The translations under genes and the position numbers were made by a program. A stretch of DNA of 58,698 nt from assembly GCA_002863085.1 (NCBI GenBank), contig PKDT01000033.1:1-58698 (forward strand). Direction: 5' to 3'. The stretch comes from Flavobacteriales bacterium (lineage in GTDB: Bacteria; Bacteroidota; Bacteroidia; Flavobacteriales; TMED113). Below the pieces are notes generated by a model that was not told the DNA's origin, made no database searches, and saw nothing but the letters and a program-made list of their open reading frames with translations. Position 1 is the first letter of the stretch. The number at the start of each line of letters is the position of its first letter. Positions 40,637 to 50,438 of this stretch are shown piece by piece.

Positions 40637-42168
40637 TTTATAAAACTATTGGAATATAAAAGTTTCTTAGTGTAAAGATGTCTATCATTGGATTTTATAT
40701 TATTTGTTTTAAAATTATCAACAATTTTTCCATCCTTTATTATGTAAACTTTATCACACAAGAAATTTATAGAATTTAAATCATGAGATATAAAAATAAT
40801 TGTAATTTTTAAATAAATGTTTAAGTCTCTTATAAGGTTTAATATGGTATATTTTATGTCTAAGTCTAGACCAGAAAGGGACTCATCAAATATAATTAAA
40901 TCAGGAGACGATGCAAGAACTCTTGCAATTGATAATCTTTGTTTTTCTCCACCCGAAAGTTGTGAAGGAAAAAAATTTAAATATTCAGTATCTAGTCCCA
41001 CTAATTGTAATAGTTCTAAAGAAGAAAAAGGAGAATTGTTTACTTTAATAATTTCATTAATAATATTATTAATTTTAATTTTTGGATTAAAAGAAGAATA
41101 AGGATCTTGGTAAACTAATTGAATTTTTTTAAATGAAATATTTTTATAAAATTTACCTGAAAAGTTAGATTCTAGACCACATAATAATCTGCCTAAAGTT
41201 GTTTTTCCTGAACCAGACCCCCCTGCAATTCCAATTTTTTCACCACTATTAATATTAAAATGTATGTCATTAAGAGCTTTAAAAGTTATATTTTTTTTAT
41301 TAAAAGAAACTGATAAGTTTTTTATAGAAATGTTAAAATCATTTTTTGAATAAATATTTCTCAAATTTGTAATTCCAATTTCCTCAAATAATGAATTAAA
41401 TTTTTTATTTCTAATTTTTGATTGAATCAAATTTTTACTTTTAATATGATTTTTATGAGTTGTAGTTTTAAAATCAAAAAGTTTACAATTTTTATATACA
41501 TAAAATTTTTTGCAATATAATTCCAATAAATCTATATTATGACTTATTAGCAAAACAGCTAATTTTCTTTTTTTACTGATCTTAACGATTAGGTCTAAAA
41601 CATTTCTTTGTGTTATTGGATCAAGCGATGTTGTAGGTTCATCAGCTATTAAGATTTTAGGGTTTTTTAAAAGAGACATGGCTATTACAACTCGTTGTTT
41701 TTGACCGCCCGAAATTTCATGAGGATATGAATTAAAAATTTTTTTAGGATTATCAATTCCAACTTCTTTTAGTAAATCAATACACTTATTACGAGCAAAA
41801 TTTTCATTTTTAGTAATATAAAAATACTCCTCCATTTGATGTCCGCATTTTATTGTAGGATTTAAACTAGTGGTTGGATCTTGGAATATGATAGATATAT
41901 ATTTTTTTCGAAAATCACACCATAAGGATTCACTATTAGAAGTAAAATCAAAAGTATAATTCTTATTAATGAATAATGCAGATGTTGCGGAGCACTTAAA
42001 AACAGAATTATTTAAAAAACCCATAATAAAAAAACAAAAGACCGACTTACCTGAACCAGAATCACCAAAAATTCCTATGATTTCGCCAGAATTAATTTTT
42101 AAAAAAGCAGATTTTAATATTTGCTTTTTATTTATTGAAATGTCAAGGTTATTTATTTCTATTTTCAA
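40633..42168 (-). CDS. ABC transporter ATP-binding protein with two fused nucleotide-binding domains (Dpp/Opp D-F type)
   Basis: NBD1 has GDSGSGKS, ISGGQKQR and ILIADEPTTSLD. NBD2 has GGSGSGKT, LSGGEKQR and LIIFDESLSGLD. There are no transmembrane segments. Confidence 0.85.
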   Translation of the reverse strand: MKIEINNLDISINKKQILKSAFLKINSGEIIGIFGDSGSGKSVFCFFIMGFLNNSVFKCSATSALFINKNYTFDFTSNSESLWCDFRKKYISIIFQDPTTSLNPTIKCGHQMEEYFYITKNENFARNKCIDLLKEVGIDNPKKIFNSYPHEISGGQKQRVVIAMSLLKNPKILIADEPTTSLDPITQRNVLDLIVKISKKRKLAVLLISHNIDLLELYCKKFYVYKNCKLFDFKTTTHKNHIKSKNLIQSKIRNKKFNSLFEEIGITNLRNIYSKNDFNISIKNLSVSFNKKNITFKALNDIHFNINSGEKIGIAGGSGSGKTTLGRLLCGLESNFSGKFYKNISFKKIQLVYQDPYSSFNPKIKINNIINEIIKVNNSPFSSLELLQLVGLDTEYLNFFPSQLSGGEKQRLSIARVLASSPDLIIFDESLSGLDLDIKYTILNLIRDLNIYLKITIIFISHDLNSINFLCDKVYIIKDGKIVDNFKTNNIKSNDRHLYTKKLLYSNSFIK

Positions 42169-42170
42169 GT

Positions 42171-43358
42171 TTAATTATATTTAATTATTACTTGTTCGAT
42201 TAACTTTAAAAGTTCATTGGATAAATAATACTTATTGTTAAATATTCCATCATTATTAAAATCTTTTTCTCCTAATCTTACAAAAACAACATCAATGTCA
42301 GGTATGATAACTATATATTGTCCTAAGTAACCTCTCGCATAAATTATTCTTTTATTAAATACTTCTGCAAGGTACCAAGAGTTGGAGTAATGCTCTATAT
42401 TTTTTTTATAGAATAATGAATTTTTATCAATATTTATTAGTTCAGGAATTGATAACAGCCAATTAATATAACTCTTACTTAATATTTGATTATTATTTAT
42501 TTTGCCTTCATTTTTTAACATTATTCCAATTTTTAAAAAATCTCTAGCTGTACTATTAAAACAACAAAACACCTTTTCGGTTCCATTTTCTTTATCTAAA
42601 GTCCAGACAGCATTGTTTGTGGCGCCCATCGGTTCCCACAAAACTTTACTTGCATATTCAGAAACATAAAGGTTGGTTGCCTTTTTTAATAAATAACCTA
42701 ACAATTGCGTATCACCACTTTGATAAGAAAAAGAAACACCAGGATTTTTGATAAATTGTCTAGATAAAATTAGATCATCAATATTATCACCGTAATATGC
42801 TTTAGCTGTTACACTGATTGGTCTTTTGTAGTTTTCAAACCAGTCATATCCTGACGACATACTTAATAAATGTTTTATTTTAACAGGTTTAGAATCACTA
42901 AAGTGGGAAATATATGGAATAAATTCAATAATATCTTGATCAACACTTTTAATAAAACCGTCTTCGATTGCACAACCAACTAGTATTGAAACAATACTTT
43001 TTGCAATTGAAAAAGAATTTGATAAAACATCTACACCACCGCCTCGCCAATAATTTTCAATATGTATACTATCGTTTTTTACTAAAACAAAGGAGTTACT
43101 TTTTGAGCTTGTTAAAAGCTCATCAACTATAGCATTACCAAAATCTTTAGAATATAATTTACTAATAGGAATATTGTAAGGAGAGTCTCCAGTTACATCC
43201 CGAGTATTAAAAAGTTTATGATCATAAATACTGGCAGACGTTTTTCCAATCATGTAAGTAGACGATATTCCTTTAGCTAAATATTTTAAATCGAATATGA
43301 TTATCAATGAAAATAAAATAAATAATAAAAAAAGAAGAAGAAATAATAGTCGTTTCAT
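42171..43358 (-). CDS. Membrane-anchored serine hydrolase (beta-lactamase / class C PBP-like family)
   Basis: N-terminal TM anchor, an SxxK motif (FSIAKS), LLSMSSGY and a YQSGD region consistent with the AmpC/esterase fold. Confidence 0.7.
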   Translation of the reverse strand: MKRLLFLLLFLLFILFSLIIIFDLKYLAKGISSTYMIGKTSASIYDHKLFNTRDVTGDSPYNIPISKLYSKDFGNAIVDELLTSSKSNSFVLVKNDSIHIENYWRGGGVDVLSNSFSIAKSIVSILVGCAIEDGFIKSVDQDIIEFIPYISHFSDSKPVKIKHLLSMSSGYDWFENYKRPISVTAKAYYGDNIDDLILSRQFIKNPGVSFSYQSGDTQLLGYLLKKATNLYVSEYASKVLWEPMGATNNAVWTLDKENGTEKVFCCFNSTARDFLKIGIMLKNEGKINNNQILSKSYINWLLSIPELINIDKNSLFYKKNIEHYSNSWYLAEVFNKRIIYARGYLGQYIVIIPDIDVVFVRLGEKDFNNDGIFNNKYYLSNELLKLIEQVIIKYN

Positions 43359-44044
43359 TAATAATCTATAATTAGAGTTTTAAAAACTTTCGAAAACTCT
43401 GATTTAAAAATTTCTTCAACTTTTTCAAAACTAACATTTTTATCTAATTCATTTTTTAAAGAAGTAACACCTTTGTTTTGTATCCCGCAGGGAATTATAT
43501 TGTTAAAATAACTAAGGTCAGGGTCTACATTGAACGCAATTCCGTGCATTGTTACCCACCGACTTGCACGAACACCCATGGCACAAATTTTTCTATGAGT
43601 TAAGTTTTTTTCTTTATTAGGAACCCAAACGCCAGTAGAACCGCTTATTCTAATACCGGTAATTAAAAATTTTTTTAATACATTTATTACAATGTCTTCT
43701 AAAAATCGGAGATATTTATGAATATCTGTAAAAAAATTATCCAAATCAAAAATAGGATAAATTACAAGCTGTCCAGGACCATGGTAGGTTATGTCTCCAC
43801 CCCTATTTATTTTATAATAATCTACGCCAGAACTCTTAAGTTCAAAATCATTCAAAAGAAGGTTTTTCTTATTACCGCTTTTTCCAAGGGTGTATACATG
43901 AGAATGTTGACAAAAAATTAAATAATTTTTGGTCGGTTTATTCTGTCGTTTATCTTTAATTATTGAGTCTAGTAAAGACTCTTGTCTTTCCCAGGCGGCT
44001 TTAAAATCAATTAGTCCCCAATTTTTGAAATAAACAGTATTCAT
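43358..44044 (-). CDS. lipB: Lipoyl(octanoyl) transferase
   Basis: RGGDITYHGPGQLV, ICAMGV (catalytic Cys region) and HGIAFNV. Confidence 0.9.
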   Translation of the reverse strand: MNTVYFKNWGLIDFKAAWERQESLLDSIIKDKRQNKPTKNYLIFCQHSHVYTLGKSGNKKNLLLNDFELKSSGVDYYKINRGGDITYHGPGQLVIYPIFDLDNFFTDIHKYLRFLEDIVINVLKKFLITGIRISGSTGVWVPNKEKNLTHRKICAMGVRASRWVTMHGIAFNVDPDLSYFNNIIPCGIQNKGVTSLKNELDKNVSFEKVEEIFKSEFSKVFKTLIIDY

Positions 44045-44051
44045 TTGTTAT

Positions 44052-45599
44052 ATGAATATAACTATATTTGACAAAACAATTTTACAAGTGGAAAAATATA
44101 ACGAACAAGAACAAGTTAGAAGAAGTTCACTAAAAGAACTAATTGCTTTAGGAGTAAACCCTTATCCTGCGGAAGAGTATAAAATAAATAACTACAGTAC
44201 AAAAATCAAACAAGAGTTCTCAAATAACGAAAACAAACTCCAAGAGGTTAGTATTGCAGGAAGATTAATGACAAAAAGAATTATGGGGAAAGCGTCATTT
44301 GCGGAACTAAAAGATAGTAAAGGAAGAATCCAATTATACTTTAACAGAGATGAAATATGTCCAAATGAAGATAAACAAGCATATAATCAAATATTTAAAA
44401 AACTATTAGACATTGGAGATATAATTGGGGTTAAGGGAGAAGTTTTTGTAACTAAAGTAGGAGAAATTAGTGTACTTGTTAAAAGTTTTAAGCTTTTGTC
44501 AAAATCAATAAAACCACTTCCGGTTGTTAAAAAAGATACAGATGGAAAGGTTTATGATGAGTTTAAGAACACAGAGTTAAGATATAGGCAGCGTTCGCTG
44601 GATTTGATTGTAAATGACGAAAGCTGGTCTGTTTTTGAAAAAAGAACAAAAGTATTTAACTCAATAAGAAATCAATTAAATAATAAAGGTTACATAGAAG
44701 TCGAAACACCAATTTTACAGCCAATTTTTGGTGGCGCGTCAGCCAGACCCTTTGTAACCCACCATAACACATTAGATGTACCGCTCTATTTAAGAATAGC
44801 TAATGAGTTGTATTTAAAAAGACTAATTGTTGGTGGAAAAGAGGGGGTTTTTGAATTTGCTAAGGACTTTAGAAATGAAGGTATGGACAAAACACATAAC
44901 CCAGAATTTACAATGTTAGAGTTTTATGTTTCGTTCAAGGATTATATTTGGATGATGGGTTTTGTGGAGCAATTATTAGAAAAAACAGCCCAAGATGTTT
45001 TGGGAGATACAAGAGTTAATTATTTAGAAAACACAATTGATTTTAAGGGTCCATACAGTAAAATTTCTTTTTTCGATGCAATAAAGAAAGAAACAGGAGA
45101 TGATATTTCAAAAAAAACAGAGCAGGAGTTGTTAGAGTATTGCTCTTCTAAAGGAATTAAGTTTGAAGCTTCAATGGGAAAAGCTAAGCTGTTGGATGCA
45201 GTATTTTCTGAGTTTTGTGAAAAAAAATTAATACAACCAACGTTTATTACAGACTATCCATCCGAAATGTCTCCACTAACAAAAAAACATCGCAGTAAAG
45301 AAGGGCTAACTGAGAGGTTTGAATTATTCATTAACGGAAAAGAGATAGCAAACGCTTATTCTGAACAAAACAACCCGATAGAACAAAGAAAAAGTTTCGA
45401 AGATCAAATGAAGTTGGCAGAAAGGGGAGATGATGAGGCAATGATAATTGATAATCAGTTTTTAAATGCCTTAGAAATAGGTATGCCACCAACATCGGGA
45501 ATAGGAATAGGCATGGATAGACTAACAATGCTTTTTACAAATAAAAAATCTATACAGGATGTAATATTTTTCCCACAAATGAAACCAGAAAACAAATGA
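44052..45599 (+). CDS. lysS: Lysine--tRNA ligase (class II)
   Basis: OB-fold N-domain, class II motifs (FRNEGMDKTHNPEFTMLEFY, GIGIGMDRLTM) and RYRQRSLDLI. Confidence 0.95.
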   Translation: MNITIFDKTILQVEKYNEQEQVRRSSLKELIALGVNPYPAEEYKINNYSTKIKQEFSNNENKLQEVSIAGRLMTKRIMGKASFAELKDSKGRIQLYFNRDEICPNEDKQAYNQIFKKLLDIGDIIGVKGEVFVTKVGEISVLVKSFKLLSKSIKPLPVVKKDTDGKVYDEFKNTELRYRQRSLDLIVNDESWSVFEKRTKVFNSIRNQLNNKGYIEVETPILQPIFGGASARPFVTHHNTLDVPLYLRIANELYLKRLIVGGKEGVFEFAKDFRNEGMDKTHNPEFTMLEFYVSFKDYIWMMGFVEQLLEKTAQDVLGDTRVNYLENTIDFKGPYSKISFFDAIKKETGDDISKKTEQELLEYCSSKGIKFEASMGKAKLLDAVFSEFCEKKLIQPTFITDYPSEMSPLTKKHRSKEGLTERFELFINGKEIANAYSEQNNPIEQRKSFEDQMKLAERGDDEAMIIDNQFLNALEIGMPPTSGIGIGMDRLTMLFTNKKSIQDVIFFPQMKPENK

Positions 45600-46015
45600 A
45601 GATAGCAATTGGCTCAGACCACGCTGGATACGAGCACAAAATAAAAATAATTACTTATTTAGAAAATAAAAAACACCAAGTATTAGATGTGGGCACAAAT
45701 AGTCTAGAGAGTGTCGATTATCCTGACTTTGCACACTCTGTTTCAGAAGAAGTTCTGTTGGGCGCAGACTTTGGCATATTAATTTGTGGAAGTGGAAATG
45801 GTATTGCAATGGCAGCAAATAAAACAAAAGGCATAAGAGCGGCTGTTTGTTGGAATAAAGAAATAACATTATTATCACGCCAACACAATGATGCCAATAT
45901 AATTTCTCTTCCCGCAAGGTTTTTGAGTTCAGACCAGTGTCAAACACTTATAGATTGCTTTTTAACGGAGCCTTTTGAGGGAGGGAGACACAAAAAAAGA
46001 ATTAATAAAATATAG
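45596..46015 (+). CDS. rpiB: Ribose-5-phosphate isomerase B
   Basis: MKIAIGSDHAGYEHK, ICGSGNGIAMAANK and HNDANIISL. Confidence 0.9.
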   Translation: MKIAIGSDHAGYEHKIKIITYLENKKHQVLDVGTNSLESVDYPDFAHSVSEEVLLGADFGILICGSGNGIAMAANKTKGIRAAVCWNKEITLLSRQHNDANIISLPARFLSSDQCQTLIDCFLTEPFEGGRHKKRINKI

Positions 46016-46021
46016 TTATTT

Positions 46022-47569
46022 ATGAAAAAATTCACATTAATCTTTGTTTTTTTTTTTGTTGGCCAGATATGGTCACAAATTGAGTTAATAGGCCCCACAA
46101 TTACTAAGCAAAAATTAAAAAAACACATAGAAATACTTGCATCAGACTCAATGGGAGGCAGAGAGGTTGGAGAAGCCGGAGAAACAATGGCCGCCAATTA
46201 CATGTCAAATCATTTTAGAAATATTGGTGTCAAGCCATATAATGATGTTACATATATTCAAGAAATTCCTCTTGAAAAGATAAAAATAAATGATGCTTCA
46301 TTAAGAATTGGTAATGAAAATTTTGTTTATGGAAAAGACTTTTATACATATCCAAAGTTCAAAAATCAAAAGATTAATGCAAGGGAATTAGTTTTTCTTG
46401 GATATGGAATACACTCCGATACTTATTCTGACTATATCCAAGACGTTAGTGGTAAAGTTATTGTTATTTCCGTTGGAGAGCCAAAGAAAGAAGATGGGGC
46501 GTACATTATTTCTAATAGTGACAAGAAAAGCCCTCACTCAGGTTGGAGGTATAAATTAAGTGTAGCAAAAAAAAGGGGCGCAAAAGCAGTTGTTTTTGTT
46601 TCAAGTGATTATAATTCAGAATATATTAAATCTAAGCATAAAATAGAAGAGCCGGGCGTAAATTTGATTTCTAAAAGTGAACAAATACCTTTTCTTTTTG
46701 TTAGAAAGAGCGTAATTAAAAAAGTTTTAGGTAAAAATAAATTCAAAAAGTATTTATCACAAATTCAAAATAATGGAAACTTAAAATCAAAAATATTAAA
46801 AACAGATTTTTTGTTTAAATTAAGTACTCAAACCAACAATTTCTACGGAAAAAATATTCTTGCGCTTATAGAGGGATCGGACTCAATTTTAAAAAATGAG
46901 ATAGTTGTTATAACAGCACATTACGATCACCTTGGAATAGTGGATGGAGTTATTCACAATGGTGCTGACGATAATGCAACAGGCACTGCAGCCCTTCTTG
47001 AAATAGCTTCAGCTTTTCAAAAAGCAAAAAAAGAGGGGGCTGAATTTAAAAGAAGTATACTTTTTTTCCCAAACTCCGCAGAAGAAAAGGGGCTGTTGGG
47101 CTCATATTATTATGTTGAAAACCCGGCCTATCCAATTGAAAATACAGTTGCATGTTTGAATATTGATATGATAGGAAGAACCGATAGGTTTCACCCTAAT
47201 GACAGTAATTACATTTACCTTATTGGTTCAGATAAGCTGAGCACAGACCTTCACAATGTGTCTGAGCAATCAAATAATAAGTATGTTAAAATGAACATTG
47301 ACTACACGTTTAATAGCCCTGGTGATCTAAACAGATTTTACTATCGCTCTGATCATTATAATTTTGCAAAAAGAAATATCCCATCAATATTCTATTTTAG
47401 TGGCGTTCATGAGGATTATCACAAAGAATCAGATACTGTTGAAAAGATAATATATGAAAAAGTTGAAAAGACCGCGAGATTAGTTTTTTATACAGCTTGG
47501 GAAATTGCAAATATGAAAACAAGACCCAAAGTCGATAAACTTAATGAATTTCAATTAAACAGGTATTAA
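46022..47569 (+). CDS. M28-family aminopeptidase with PA domain
   Basis: Signal peptide. Zn-ligand contexts are present: TAHYDHLG, GADDNATGTA, AEEKGLLGS and DHYNF. Confidence 0.8.
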   Translation: MKKFTLIFVFFFVGQIWSQIELIGPTITKQKLKKHIEILASDSMGGREVGEAGETMAANYMSNHFRNIGVKPYNDVTYIQEIPLEKIKINDASLRIGNENFVYGKDFYTYPKFKNQKINARELVFLGYGIHSDTYSDYIQDVSGKVIVISVGEPKKEDGAYIISNSDKKSPHSGWRYKLSVAKKRGAKAVVFVSSDYNSEYIKSKHKIEEPGVNLISKSEQIPFLFVRKSVIKKVLGKNKFKKYLSQIQNNGNLKSKILKTDFLFKLSTQTNNFYGKNILALIEGSDSILKNEIVVITAHYDHLGIVDGVIHNGADDNATGTAALLEIASAFQKAKKEGAEFKRSILFFPNSAEEKGLLGSYYYVENPAYPIENTVACLNIDMIGRTDRFHPNDSNYIYLIGSDKLSTDLHNVSEQSNNKYVKMNIDYTFNSPGDLNRFYYRSDHYNFAKRNIPSIFYFSGVHEDYHKESDTVEKIIYEKVEKTARLVFYTAWEIANMKTRPKVDKLNEFQLNRY

Positions 47570-49092
47570 ATGTCAAATTTAATACCTTGAGCTAGAGGAA
47601 GTTCATCTGAAAAGTTTATGGTGTTAGTTTGTCTTCTCATGTATGCTTTCCATGCATCAGACCCCGACTCACGACCTCCTCCGGTTTCTTTTTCACCGCC
47701 AAATGCACCACCGATTTCGGCACCCGAAGTACCAATATTTACATTTGCAATTCCGCAATCGGACCCGCTATGAGCTAGAAAGGCTTCAGCCTCTCTAAGA
47801 TTATTTGTCATTATTGAGGATGATAAACCTTGTGGAACACCATTTTGAATTTCTATAGCTTCTGAAATATTAGAATATTTCATAATGTAAAGAATAGGGG
47901 CAAATGTTTCAGTTTGCACTATGTTTAAGTCGTTAGTAGCCTCAGCAATAACGGGTTTTACATAACAACCAGAATCATAACCAGCACCATTTATAACGCC
48001 TCCAGGCACAACAAGCTTGCCCCCATCATCAACAATTTTTTCAATTGCATTTAAATAACAATTCACAGAATCTTTGTCAATAAGTGGCCCCATGTGGTTG
48101 TTTTCATCTAACGGATTTCCAATTTTTATTTGTTTGTACGCACTAACAAGCTTAGCTTTTACGTCATCATAAATTGATTCATGGATGATTAACCTTCTTG
48201 TGGTTGTGCATCGTTGCCCAGCGGTTCCAATAGCTCCAAAAACAACCCCCACAATAGCAATGTTTATATCAGCCTCAGGTGTAATAATCATAGCGTTGTT
48301 TCCGCCTAATTCTAAAATTGTCTTGCCAAAGCGTTCAGCTACTTTTTTACCAACCTTTCTGCCCATTTCTGTTGAGCCGGTTGCAGATACTAGAGGAACA
48401 TCATCACAAGATGTAATCATTTCACCAACGTCAGCAAATCCATTTACTAAACAGGAAAGCCCTTCAGGCAGGTTGTTTTTTTTAATAACATTTGACATTA
48501 TTTTTTGGCAAGCAATTGCACAAAACGGTGTCTTTTCGGAGGGCTTCCAGATACAAACATTTCCACACACCCAAGCAATTGCGGCATTCCAAGCCCAAAC
48601 GGCAACAGGAAAATTAAATGCAGAAATTATACCAACTATACCAAGGGGATGATATTGTTCATACATTCTGTGTTGGGCTCGTTCGGAATGAAGAGTTATG
48701 CCAGAAAGCTGTCGGGACAAACCAACTGCAAAATCACAGATGTCTATCATTTCTTGTACCTCCCCTAAACCTTCTTGATAGGATTTTCCCATTTCATAAG
48801 ACACCAAACAACCCAGAAGCTTTTTGTTTTTTCTTAGTTCATCACCAAACTGCCTAACGATTTCACCCCTTTTAGGAGCAGGAACAAGTCTCCATTTTTT
48901 GAAAGCCTCTTTTGATGAGCTTATTACAGTTTTAAATTCTTCACCTTTTGTAACCCCAACATGCCCAATTATATTTCCGTCAACAGGCGATTTTGATGAA
49001 ATTTCACAATCTTCTTGACCGATCCAATTTAAACCCGTGGATGTTCCATGGTGATTATTTGAGATGTTTAGCTTATTTAAAATATCCTTCAT
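47566..49092 (-). CDS. Aldehyde dehydrogenase, ALDH7/aminoadipate-semialdehyde dehydrogenase-like
   Basis: ILELGGNNA, AGQRCTTTRR (catalytic Cys) and an N-terminal region like antiquitin-type enzymes (VPAPKRGEIVRQ). Confidence 0.75.
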   Translation of the reverse strand: MKDILNKLNISNNHHGTSTGLNWIGQEDCEISSKSPVDGNIIGHVGVTKGEEFKTVISSSKEAFKKWRLVPAPKRGEIVRQFGDELRKNKKLLGCLVSYEMGKSYQEGLGEVQEMIDICDFAVGLSRQLSGITLHSERAQHRMYEQYHPLGIVGIISAFNFPVAVWAWNAAIAWVCGNVCIWKPSEKTPFCAIACQKIMSNVIKKNNLPEGLSCLVNGFADVGEMITSCDDVPLVSATGSTEMGRKVGKKVAERFGKTILELGGNNAMIITPEADINIAIVGVVFGAIGTAGQRCTTTRRLIIHESIYDDVKAKLVSAYKQIKIGNPLDENNHMGPLIDKDSVNCYLNAIEKIVDDGGKLVVPGGVINGAGYDSGCYVKPVIAEATNDLNIVQTETFAPILYIMKYSNISEAIEIQNGVPQGLSSSIMTNNLREAEAFLAHSGSDCGIANVNIGTSGAEIGGAFGGEKETGGGRESGSDAWKAYMRRQTNTINFSDELPLAQGIKFDI

Positions 49093-49097
49093 AAAAT

Positions 49098-50438
49098 TTA
49101 GTTTAAAAGTCTTAAAATGTCCATGCCGTTTGCATAGATTAATAGTGCAAATAAAATAACCATACCGGTAATTTGAAGTGGCATTAATACAGATAAGGGC
49201 AGTTTTTTGCCAGAAAACATTTCTATCAGTGCAATCACTGCGTGCCCACCATCAAGTGCGGGTATTGGTAGTAGGTTCATTATTGCCAAAATAATAGATA
49301 GGAGAGCTGTCATTGACCAAAAAGCCAACCAGTTCCAATTTCTAGGAAACATTTTTCCAATACTAATAACTCCTCCAACATGTTTATAACCACCAGTTGA
49401 AGGGTTAAAAATGGTTTTTACCTGTCCCCAATACATGTTAATCGTTGAAAGGGTTTTGCTCAGCCCAGCAGGAATAGATTTAAGAAACGAGTAGCTTCGA
49501 TTTTCAAAATAATTACCCATTACACCCACACCAAGAAGACCACTTTCGGGAACTAAAACAGTTGTATATTCAGTATCACTAGAGTTGTTTTTTTTGAAAC
49601 CAATAACAACCTCCTTTCCAGAATTTGACTGGAGAAGGTTTCGTGAATGTGAGTTAATAAAGGGGGTTTCTTCATTATTGATTGATACGATACAATCTCC
49701 GGGTTTTAAAGCTGAGTCTTTTAGTGGACTCTCAGAAAAAATCTCATCTACAATCCACCTATAGTTCGGCGAAATCAAATCTCCCTCGTATTGTTGCATG
49801 TTGCTAATAACTTTATTTACACTACTTGACTCAATATTAACATCTACATTTATATTGTTTCTTTTTACACTCACCACAGACGCTCCTTCAAAGAGAACTG
49901 AGCTAATAACAAACATTGGGTCATAGTCCGTCAGCTGAACTCCGTCGATTTTTGTAATTTTATCTCCATCAACAAAGCCTAATAACTCACCCCCCTCATT
50001 GAAAGAGAAACCGTCAACCAAGTTCTTCATAGGAATGAATCGTTCACCCCACCCAAACAAAACAAATGAATATATAACCCAAGCGAGAACAAGGTTAATA
50101 AAAATACCCCCCAACATAACAATTAGTCTTTGCCAAGCTGGCTTAGCCCTAAGTTCCCAGCTCTCGGGCTCGCTTTCCACACCACTGTCATCAAGTGACT
50201 CGTCAATAAAGCCAGATATTTTTACATATCCGCCCAGGGGAGCCCACCCAACACCAAACTCAGTTTCTCCAATCTTTTTCTTAAATAGAGCTCCATCCCA
50301 ACCACCAATACCCCAGTCCATAAATAGATAAAATTTTTCAACCCTGCAACCGAAATACTTGGCAGCTAAATAGTGACCAAGTTCATGTAATACAACAAGA
50401 ATAGATAGGCTTAATAACAATTGAAATACTTGAATCAT
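49098..50438 (-). CDS. rseP: RIP metalloprotease RseP (site-2 protease, M50)
   Basis: HELGHY near the N-terminus, PDZ-like middle region and NLLPIPALDGGH. Confidence 0.85.
   Translation of the reverse strand: MIQVFQLLLSLSILVVLHELGHYLAAKYFGCRVEKFYLFMDWGIGGWDGALFKKKIGETEFGVGWAPLGGYVKISGFIDESLDDSGVESEPESWELRAKPAWQRLIVMLGGIFINLVLAWVIYSFVLFGWGERFIPMKNLVDGFSFNEGGELLGFVDGDKITKIDGVQLTDYDPMFVISSVLFEGASVVSVKRNNINVDVNIESSSVNKVISNMQQYEGDLISPNYRWIVDEIFSESPLKDSALKPGDCIVSINNEETPFINSHSRNLLQSNSGKEVVIGFKKNNSSDTEYTTVLVPESGLLGVGVMGNYFENRSYSFLKSIPAGLSKTLSTINMYWGQVKTIFNPSTGGYKHVGGVISIGKMFPRNWNWLAFWSMTALLSIILAIMNLLPIPALDGGHAVIALIEMFSGKKLPLSVLMPLQITGMVILFALLIYANGMDILRLLN

Noticed and set aside
43350-43365. Possible assembly chimera at the right edge of the AT-rich region.
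   Set aside because: The lipB stop and the hydrolase start share a nucleotide (TAATG), and the operon continues with 2-nt and 4-nt spacings. That would be an unlikely coincidence at a mis-join. It still needs read-level confirmation.
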